A stretch of 17,536 nucleotides of DNA, taken from the UHGV virus genome UHGV-1676750. One strand, 5' to 3'. Shown here piece after piece: positions 7,264 to 14,336 of the stretch. The DNA comes from a virus. The position numbers were made by a program, and so were the translations under genes. The notes beneath the pieces were generated by a model. The model saw only the letters and a list, made by a program, of their open reading frames with translations, searched no databases and was not told the DNA's origin. How positions within the stretch are numbered: the first letter of the stretch is position 1; the number at the start of each line of letters is the position of its first letter.

Positions 7264-8679
7264 ATGGCAATTAAAAAAATCAAGACATTGTTCCAACTCC
7301 GCAGGGGAACCACTGCCGAATGGGAACTCAATAAATCCGTAGTTCCCGCCGCTGGTGAACCGTGTTTTGATCTAGACCTTGGTACACTCAAAATTGGCGA
7401 CGGCGTTAAAACCTATGAGCAATTAGATGTAATTGGCGGCGGCAATGTAGCGCTTTCTGCCGATGGCAAGTCTATCATTTTGGATGACGGCATTTTTAAG
7501 CTTGCTGGTTTTGCCGATGCTGAAACTGGTGCTCAGCCTCGCAAGAACGCCGACGGCAATATTGAGTGGGTTGTACCTTCTAGCGAAACTCTTGATGGTC
7601 TACAGACAATTGTCGCTGGTTTACAAACTGACGTTACTGGATTGCAAACTAGCGTTGCTAGTATTCAGGAGGTTCTAGCTCCATCCGATGAAGGTGCAAT
7701 GACTCTACTAGAGAGAGTTGCCGCAATTGAGGGTAAGGTTGGCGAAAGCTCTGTTGATGAAAAAATTAACACTGCCTTTGACGACTTTATGGCAAAAGTT
7801 TCTGATGATGGCATCGTCAATACTGTCAAAGAACTAATTGACTATGTAGCAGACCATGCGCCCGAGGCCGCTCAGATGGCCGCTGATATTACTAGTCTGC
7901 AAGAACTTGTTGGTAACACCTCTGTTGATGCCCAAATTCTAGCTGCCATTACTACAAGCGAAGCAAAAACCGCTGCTCTTTACAAGAAAGTAAAATATGA
8001 GATTTCTTCTAAGCCCGCCGAAGCTTTAGTGGACTATAGAGAGAAAGAAATCAGAATTATGTGTCCCGCTGATACTCAATTTGAGCTTCAGAATGTTGGT
8101 CCTACTGGTGATTCTACTAGATACTATATTGGATTTAAGGCATATGCCCCTGATGGCGCTGTAAGCTTTAAGGAAGATACTAAGGCTACCATTGAAGATA
8201 CTACTATGTATTACTTTGAAGGCAATGATTTTGCTGGCACTGATGCTTATGGTCGTAAGTATAGTATTGTATGGCTACCTGTGGCAAAGCATAATGATGA
8301 TGATACTTGGACTTATTATGGTACTAATTCTAGTGCTGCCAAGTATATTGGCTGGTACTACTCTGTCGAGTGGTATGGTGCTAATGGTAAGGTTATTGCG
8401 TCTGATATCATTCGTATTAATCTAAGTAATGAGGCTTGCCATAATGTGGTTGAGCCTTATTTTATGGGCCAAGTTGTTAAGGGAGTTAGCGTTGGTGGAA
8501 CTCTGCTTGATTTGATTGACAATAAGGTTAATATTAATGCCAGTGATATTGTTAAAGGGTCTGATGAAATTGCGGTTGCTGAGGACGGGACTCTAAGCAT
8601 TGGCCAAATTAATGTGTCCAAGCTGGTGCAGGATGAAGGCTCCGAGCTAGTCTTTGATGGCGGCGGGGCTTCTAGATAA
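7264..8679 (+). CDS. Tail-fibre protein with a HylP-like N-terminal domain, GLQTxVx heptad repeats and VGxxSVD-x-x-I modules
   Basis: ATG at 7264, 8 nt after AAAGGAAG. N-terminus TLFQLRRGTTAEWELNKSVVPAAGEPCFDLDLGTLKIGDGVKTYEQL. Three 21-bp tandem heptad repeats at 7597-7659. Contains LVGNTSVDAQILAAI and KVGESSVDEKINTAF. Confidence 0.8.
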   Translation: MAIKKIKTLFQLRRGTTAEWELNKSVVPAAGEPCFDLDLGTLKIGDGVKTYEQLDVIGGGNVALSADGKSIILDDGIFKLAGFADAETGAQPRKNADGNIEWVVPSSETLDGLQTIVAGLQTDVTGLQTSVASIQEVLAPSDEGAMTLLERVAAIEGKVGESSVDEKINTAFDDFMAKVSDDGIVNTVKELIDYVADHAPEAAQMAADITSLQELVGNTSVDAQILAAITTSEAKTAALYKKVKYEISSKPAEALVDYREKEIRIMCPADTQFELQNVGPTGDSTRYYIGFKAYAPDGAVSFKEDTKATIEDTTMYYFEGNDFAGTDAYGRKYSIVWLPVAKHNDDDTWTYYGTNSSAAKYIGWYYSVEWYGANGKVIASDIIRINLSNEACHNVVEPYFMGQVVKGVSVGGTLLDLIDNKVNINASDIVKGSDEIAVAEDGTLSIGQINVSKLVQDEGSELVFDGGGASR

Positions 8680-8726
8680 CAACAAAAACTAAATAAAATT
8701 TTAATCATTAAAGGAGAAATGTAATC

Positions 8727-10664
8727 ATGGCTATTGAAAAAACACTTAATACTCGTCTGAAACTTCGTTACGATTCTCATGAGAATTGGCTTGCTAATGA
8801 TCCTACTCTGCTTGCAGGCGAAGTCGCTCTAAGTGCTGTATCTGTTAAGCAGGACGGCGTAGTTAACGAAGTCCCCAGCGTACTAATTAAAGTTGGCGAT
8901 GGCACTCATAAGTATTCCGAACTAGATTATGCTTACGCGAGGGCGGCAGATGTCATCGAGCAGGCTAAGAGTGCAGAAAAGCTAACCGATTTCATCAACA
9001 ATGTAATTGCTAGTGCTGGTATTGCCACTGACGAGGCTCTAACTACTCTAGCTGGTAAGGTTACTACTGCCGAAGGCAAGATCACTGCTCTAGAAGGTCT
9101 AGTTGGCGATACTGCCGTAGCCACTCAGATTCAGAATAAGATTGATGCTCTGAAACTATCCGATACCTATGCCGCAAAGTCTCACACTCATACTAAGTCT
9201 GAGATTACTGATTTTGCGCATACTCATGTTATTGGTGATGTAACTGGTTTAAGCGATTCTATTGCTGAAGCTAAGCAGACTGGCCTTGACGCAACTTCTG
9301 CTCTTAATACTTATAAGAATACTAATGATGCTGCTGTAAAGGCCAATACTGATGCAATTGCTGCTATTAACAACGCTGACACTGGTATTCTTGCTCAGGC
9401 TAAGACTTATGCTGACGGAAAGGATGCCGCTATTACCGCTGCTAAGAATGCTGCTGATGCTGCTCAGGCTGACGTTGACGCCCTAGAAGCTAAGGTCGGC
9501 ACTGTCCCTGCAGATACCACTGTTGTCCAGATGATTGCTGACGCCCAGGATGCTGCTACTTATGATGACACTGCTCTAAAGGGTCGTGTAAGCGCAAACG
9601 AGACTGCTATTAGCAAGCTAAATGGGCTTGTCGGTGACACCGCTGTCGCCACTCAGATTAGCACTGCTGTTTCCGATGCTAAGACTGAGCTAAAGGGTAG
9701 CGCTTCCGATACCGATGCTTCTGCTACTATTGCTGGCGCTAAGAAGTATGCTGACAAGCTAGATGCTGCTATGGATGCTCGTGTTGATGCTCTAGAGGCT
9801 GCTGTTGGCGAAGATGGTTCTGTTGCAGAGAAGATCACTGCCGCAGTTGAAGCTCTTGACGCTACCGTTGAGACCGCTGCAATCCCAGAAGGTCAGGACG
9901 GTATTTATGTAAAGGTTACCGAGGTTGATGGTAAGCTAACTGCTGTTGAGGCTACTATCGAAGTATCTAATGAGATTAATGCTGCTAAGTCCGAGCTTGA
10001 GGACAAGATTGGTACTGTTGCCGAGGGTAAGACTCTTGCTGGTCTAATCGCTGACAATGCTGCCGCTATTGAGGCTCATAAGACTGCGGTCGATGCTAAG
10101 GTAACCACTCTAATTGGTGCTGATACCGACAAATCCGTGCGTACTATTGCTAATGAGGAACTGGCTGCTCAGCTGATTCCTGAGAACGCTAAGGAATCTC
10201 TAAATACCCTACAGGAGATCGCTGCTTGGATTCAGGCTCACCCCGATGATGCCGCTACAATGAATACGGCCATTGCAAACCTAAAGGCGCTAGTTGGTGA
10301 CGAAAGTGTTAACGCTCAGATTAATACTGCCGTTGACAACCTAAAGAATAACGAGATTAAGAACGCAACTGATCGCATTGCAGATCTAGAGGCTGATACT
10401 CACACTCATGCCAACAAGGCCCTGCTCGATTCTTACACTCAGACCGAAGCTGACCTGGCTGACGCCGTTGCTAAGAAGCACGAGCACGCTAATGCTACCG
10501 AACTGGCCAAGTTCGTTGAGGGTGATAAGGATAAGCTAGATGCCGCCGTTCAGACTGTTACCGCTGGCACTGGCCTCACCGCAACTAAGACTGGTACTGA
10601 TGTAGCTATTGGATTTGACGATACTGTCACTTTCGTGTTTGACTGCGGCGATAGCTCCATCTAA
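8727..10664 (+). CDS. Long tail-fibre protein: HylP-like N-terminus (variant), Ala-rich helical shaft, three VGD-x-x-V-x-x-QI modules and HTH/HxH motifs
   Basis: ATG at 8727 with AAGGAG at 8711-8716. Contains LVGDTAVATQIQNKI, LVGDTAVATQISTAV, LVGDESVNAQINTAV, SHTHTKSEITDFAHTHV and DTHTHANKALLDSY. G+C is visibly higher than in flanking AT-rich genes. Confidence 0.8.
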   Translation: MAIEKTLNTRLKLRYDSHENWLANDPTLLAGEVALSAVSVKQDGVVNEVPSVLIKVGDGTHKYSELDYAYARAADVIEQAKSAEKLTDFINNVIASAGIATDEALTTLAGKVTTAEGKITALEGLVGDTAVATQIQNKIDALKLSDTYAAKSHTHTKSEITDFAHTHVIGDVTGLSDSIAEAKQTGLDATSALNTYKNTNDAAVKANTDAIAAINNADTGILAQAKTYADGKDAAITAAKNAADAAQADVDALEAKVGTVPADTTVVQMIADAQDAATYDDTALKGRVSANETAISKLNGLVGDTAVATQISTAVSDAKTELKGSASDTDASATIAGAKKYADKLDAAMDARVDALEAAVGEDGSVAEKITAAVEALDATVETAAIPEGQDGIYVKVTEVDGKLTAVEATIEVSNEINAAKSELEDKIGTVAEGKTLAGLIADNAAAIEAHKTAVDAKVTTLIGADTDKSVRTIANEELAAQLIPENAKESLNTLQEIAAWIQAHPDDAATMNTAIANLKALVGDESVNAQINTAVDNLKNNEIKNATDRIADLEADTHTHANKALLDSYTQTEADLADAVAKKHEHANATELAKFVEGDKDKLDAAVQTVTAGTGLTATKTGTDVAIGFDDTVTFVFDCGDSSI

Positions 10665-10686
10665 TTTTATAGCCTAATTCTAAGCA

Positions 10687-10717
10687 AGTTGCCTCGTTAT
10701 TCGTAACGGGGCAACTT
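10687..10717 (+). promoter_or_regulatory. Intergenic hairpin without a U-tract (RNA structure or processing/regulatory element)
   Basis: AAGTTGCCTCG (10687-10697) pairs with CGGGGCAACTT (10707-10717): 11-bp stem with one G-U wobble and a 10-nt loop. No T-run follows. Confidence 0.35.
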
Positions 10718-10743
10718 CAATAAGAAAGGATGAGGACTTCTTT

Positions 10744-11589
10744 ATGCCAAATAAAGAAATATTGGCCCGTGTCAAGCAAAAAAGAGATACGAGCGCTAAC
10801 TGGGAAGCACGAAATCCAGTTATTTTAAATGGCGAGATTATTCTCGTAGATACCAACGCAGGCGAGCTTAGAGCTAAAATTGGCGATGGTACAAAAACGT
10901 ATACTCAGCTACCTTTTTCAGATGAAGCTTTAAGAAGCCTCATCAATGCAAATAAGGTTACGGTAGATAGTGCGCTGTCTTCTACTAGTACCAATCCTGT
11001 ACAGAATAAAATTGTAAACGCCGCCATTAGCAACTTGAATACTTTGGTTGGTGATACCTCTATATCTTCTCAAATCGAAACTGCTGTTGCTTCAAAGCTC
11101 GACGCCGCAGATGCGACTTGGGCTCAGATTTATGATTCTGGCGCAATTACATCAGAAGTAAACTCTATTGCGGGCATTGATATCACAGGTTATAAGAGTC
11201 TAATGGTTGCTGTTAAGTGTGTAAACACTACGAATACCGCCAGTACAAGAGCTGGTGCGGTAATTTTTACTGGCAATAATCAAGACTATGCGTTTAATAA
11301 TCTTTTTAGCAACCTGATTAAAAATGGTACAACAACTTCCGGTGCTATGGCTAAATTTAAGATCGTGGACGGTTTTATTATTTGTGAGACTGCTATGAGA
11401 GCAATTACTGCGGATGGCATTTTATCTGATGCCGAAGGGGTAGGAATTGATACATTAGCCCCAGTAAGTAGTGGTCTTATTAAGTGTACAAACGCAGTCA
11501 CTACAATGGCCGTTTCTAGTGCGGCTCAGTCTGCAGACCATTACTACGGTGTTGGTAGTAGAGTTATTGTTTGGGGGTGTAAGGTATAA
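10744..11589 (+). CDS. Tail-fibre protein with a HylP-like N-terminal domain and one VGDT module
   Basis: N-terminus ILARVKQKRDTSANWEARNPVILNGEIILVDTNAGELRAKIGDGTKTYTQLPF. Contains LVGDTSISSQIETAVASKL. Confidence 0.8.
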   Translation: MPNKEILARVKQKRDTSANWEARNPVILNGEIILVDTNAGELRAKIGDGTKTYTQLPFSDEALRSLINANKVTVDSALSSTSTNPVQNKIVNAAISNLNTLVGDTSISSQIETAVASKLDAADATWAQIYDSGAITSEVNSIAGIDITGYKSLMVAVKCVNTTNTASTRAGAVIFTGNNQDYAFNNLFSNLIKNGTTTSGAMAKFKIVDGFIICETAMRAITADGILSDAEGVGIDTLAPVSSGLIKCTNAVTTMAVSSAAQSADHYYGVGSRVIVWGCKV

Positions 11590-11963
11590 TGGCAAATAAA
11601 ACAATTACAGCATGGGTAAATGGTGCAGTTCAGTCAATTAGTGTTCCAGACGTGGCATATACTGCTCCTAAAGTTACCATTGAGGACAAGGTTAGTGCTC
11701 TTATTGCTACAGTGACACTGCCAGTCGCTGATTGGGCGGGTTCAGCAAGTCCGTATTATCAGACGATAGACTCTAATATTTTTACCGCCAATAGTATGGT
11801 TGATTTACAGCCAACCCCTGAGCAGCTTGCGGAATGGCAAGATGATGGACTGGCTTTTAGCACCACAAATGATAATGGAGTGGTGAAGGTATATGTTGCT
11901 GGTGGTGTACCTGCTGCCGATATTACTGTACAGATTAAGGTACAGGAGGTGGTTGTCATATGA
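11589..11963 (+). CDS. Hypothetical protein carrying a ~85-aa domain that is also present at the C-terminus of the 16021-16617 product
   Basis: TAATG overlap with the upstream gene. TLPVADWAGSASPYYQT…DITVQIKVQEV parallels TIPVNWVGTSAPYTQD…EVPIQVEVI in 16021-16617. Confidence 0.7.
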   Translation: MANKTITAWVNGAVQSISVPDVAYTAPKVTIEDKVSALIATVTLPVADWAGSASPYYQTIDSNIFTANSMVDLQPTPEQLAEWQDDGLAFSTTNDNGVVKVYVAGGVPAADITVQIKVQEVVVI

Positions 11964-12451
11964 TATATGGCAATGCAACTGGTGGCTTTGGAATGCCAAA
12001 GTCATTTGTTTTAACAGATGATAGTGGAAATGAAATGACAGGGGTTGTAACTGGTGAACAAGTTGTATTTACAGCTGGTTTAAGCGATATTAGAGCGGGT
12101 AAGGTTGCAGCCAATGCAGATGGTATTGTTACTGGTACGAAAGATATACCAGCATATCATACTACAGAAGGTCATCGAGTAATTACACCTGGAAGTGATT
12201 GTAAAATCTATATTCCTAATTACGAATATACCGGTTTACAAGCTATAGTTTGTTCATACAATACCTCTTTAGATGATAGTGTTGCCGCTAATCAAGTTGC
12301 CATTAAAGGCAATTTATATAATGTACAATCTGTAGACATATTATCTATAATTAGTATAGATAATACAGATCAGTGTATTAATTTAGGGATTACAAACACA
12401 ACTGATAATTTATTAATTATTAGATATTTTAGTTATAAGGAGATTTTATGA
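11960..12451 (+). CDS. Hypothetical protein (163 aa), Gly/Thr-rich N-terminus
   Basis: ATGA overlap with the upstream gene; AGGAGGT at 11944-11950. AT-rich (about 22% G+C counted for 12301-12360). Confidence 0.7.
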   Translation: MIYGNATGGFGMPKSFVLTDDSGNEMTGVVTGEQVVFTAGLSDIRAGKVAANADGIVTGTKDIPAYHTTEGHRVITPGSDCKIYIPNYEYTGLQAIVCSYNTSLDDSVAANQVAIKGNLYNVQSVDILSIISIDNTDQCINLGITNTTDNLLIIRYFSYKEIL

Positions 12452-12690
12452 TGGAAACGAGACGTTATGCATATAATTTTGCAGAAATTGATAATGCCAC
12501 TAATATGTGTATTGGTGTTATAACTACTACAGATCCAAACACAGAAGGTCCAACTGGTGGTGGAACAACTTTTGTTGCAATTCCAGTATATGATGAGAAT
12601 TATTCTTTAAAATATTACAATTGGGATAATGGTAAATTTTATTATGACTCTGCGTATACACAGGAGTACATTTCTCCATTACTACAATAA
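12448..12690 (+). CDS. Hypothetical small protein (80 aa)
   Basis: ATGA overlap with the upstream gene (translational coupling). No named motif. Confidence 0.6.
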   Translation: MMETRRYAYNFAEIDNATNMCIGVITTTDPNTEGPTGGGTTFVAIPVYDENYSLKYYNWDNGKFYYDSAYTQEYISPLLQ

Positions 12691-12712
12691 TTAAACAAAG
12701 GGGCGACGGATT

Positions 12713-12883
12713 ATGAATAAATATTTCTATTGTTATAGCTATCCATTAAAAGAATTTTTCAAAAAAAACGGCTTAAGTTACATTACCGCCGCTACGAATC
12801 ATTCAACAAATAAAACGTATTGGTTGTTTGAAGGATCTGAAAAATTAAATATGTTATTACAAAAATGGCGTTTAAATAAATAA
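12713..12883 (+). CDS. Unannotated small ORF (56 aa), hypothetical; absent from the ORF track because it is under 60 aa
   Basis: ATG at 12713 preceded by AAAGGGG. Translates to MNKYFYCYSYPLKEFFKKNGLSYITAATNHSTNKTYWLFEGSEKLNMLLQKWRLNK. Contains an A8 run at 12761-12768. The stop codon is embedded in the hairpin at 12862-12893. Confidence 0.4.
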   Translation: MNKYFYCYSYPLKEFFKKNGLSYITAATNHSTNKTYWLFEGSEKLNMLLQKWRLNK

Positions 12884-12900
12884 ACGTCATTTTCTATTTT
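12862..12900 (+). terminator. Candidate AT-rich intrinsic terminator
   Basis: AAAATGGCGTTT (12862-12873) pairs with AAACGTCATTTT (12882-12893): 12-bp stem with one G-U wobble and an 8-nt loop, followed by CTATTTT. The stem is AT-rich, hence modest stability. Confidence 0.4.
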
Positions 12901-12928
12901 ACAAATGATGTTTTGGAGGTAACTAAAG

Positions 12929-14266
12929 ATGAAGAAGTTGACGCATGAAGAATTTATTGAGAAAGTAACGAAACTCAACGAACATGTTGCAAATGGTGAG
13001 ATAGAAATATTAAGTCAGTATATAAACCAAAGAACTAAAATTAAATGTAAATGTGCCATACATAATACTATATGGGAGAGATCGGTACAAAGCCTTTACG
13101 AAAATAGTGGTTGTGAAGATTGTAAATATGAATTAAGTGGAAGAAAAAGACGGTTTTCACATGAAGAATTTGTTGAAAAGATAAAGGTTTTAAATGATGA
13201 AATTATAGTTTTGGGACATTATACAACGATGAATAAATCAATTGAATTTCAATGTAAATTTGGTCATATATGGACAGCCAAGCCTTATAGCATTATCAAT
13301 GGGCATCAATGTCCATATTGTGCTGGGCAAAAACCTATAATTGGGAATAATGACTTATGGACAACAAGACCAGACGTTGCAAGTTTATTAAAAAATCGTG
13401 ATGACGGATATGGTTTGATGGAATTTAGTCAGCGTAAAGTAATATTTATTTGTCCAACATGCGGTAACGAAATCATAAAATCAGTTCAACGTGTATCAAT
13501 AGATGGGCTTGTTTGCCAAAGATGTTCTGATGGTGTATCATATCCGAATAAATTTGCAAGAGCATTTTTAAATCAACTACTTGGTAATAATTTTAAATGT
13601 GAGTATCAACCTGATTGGGCCAAACCATATTATTATGATAATTATTTTGAATATGGTAATAAGAAATATATTTTGGAGATGGATGGCAGTTTTCATTATA
13701 TTTCAAGACAGTTGACCAAACAGTCTCTTGATGAACGAAAAAGGATTGATGCATTAAAAGATAAACTTGCTGAGCAACATAATATTCGTGTTATTCGTAT
13801 AGAGTGTATAAAATCTAATTGTAATTACATAAAGAATAACATTTTACAATCCGAGTTGAGTTTAGTTTTTAATTTATCTAAGATTAATTGGGATTTATGC
13901 GACCAAATGGCGCAAAGAAGTTTGGTTAAAGATGTTTGTAATTTATATATGAACGGAATAAAAGATTTGCATAAAATAGCAGAAATATTGCATATTAGCA
14001 AAAGTACGGTATATGTATATTTGGTTAGAGGTTCTAAGTTTGGATGGTGTGATTACGATGGGAAGAATGCTCATTACTTGAAAATTTCTATTCCAATAAT
14101 TGTACTTGATGAAAATAACAATGCTATACATAAGTTTGATAGTATTAGTGCGTGCAAAGAAGAGATGAAAAAAATGTACGGATATTCATTTGATAGAAAT
14201 ACTTTGAAAAAAGCTTGTGAGTATTCTATTTCATATCATGGATTTAACTTTAAATATGCGTATTAA
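12929..14266 (+). CDS. Multi-domain homing-endonuclease-like protein: tandem zinc-ribbon modules, a Vsr/DUF559-like PD-(D/E)xK nuclease core, a helix-turn-helix and a NUMOD1-like C-terminal DNA-binding domain
   Basis: Two ~60-aa repeats ([TS]HEEF[IV]EK…LN…C-x-x-H…W…G-x-x-C-x-x-C) and a third CPTCG…CQRCS module. KKYILEMDGSFHYI…DERKRIDALKDKLAEQHNIRVIRIE resembles the DUF559/Vsr-like endonuclease motif. KIAEILHISKSTVYVYL is HTH-like. The C-terminus IPIIVLDENNNAIHKFDSISACKEEM…YHGFNFKY parallels the C-terminus of the GIY-YIG protein. Very AT-rich. RBS GGAGGT at 12915-12920. Confidence 0.65.
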   Translation: MKKLTHEEFIEKVTKLNEHVANGEIEILSQYINQRTKIKCKCAIHNTIWERSVQSLYENSGCEDCKYELSGRKRRFSHEEFVEKIKVLNDEIIVLGHYTTMNKSIEFQCKFGHIWTAKPYSIINGHQCPYCAGQKPIIGNNDLWTTRPDVASLLKNRDDGYGLMEFSQRKVIFICPTCGNEIIKSVQRVSIDGLVCQRCSDGVSYPNKFARAFLNQLLGNNFKCEYQPDWAKPYYYDNYFEYGNKKYILEMDGSFHYISRQLTKQSLDERKRIDALKDKLAEQHNIRVIRIECIKSNCNYIKNNILQSELSLVFNLSKINWDLCDQMAQRSLVKDVCNLYMNGIKDLHKIAEILHISKSTVYVYLVRGSKFGWCDYDGKNAHYLKISIPIIVLDENNNAIHKFDSISACKEEMKKMYGYSFDRNTLKKACEYSISYHGFNFKYAY

Positions 14267-14336
14267 CAATACAAAATTAATGTTTAAAGTAATTAGTGAA
14301 ATAATAAAGTCTAAAATACTAAGGAGGAGTTTATAT

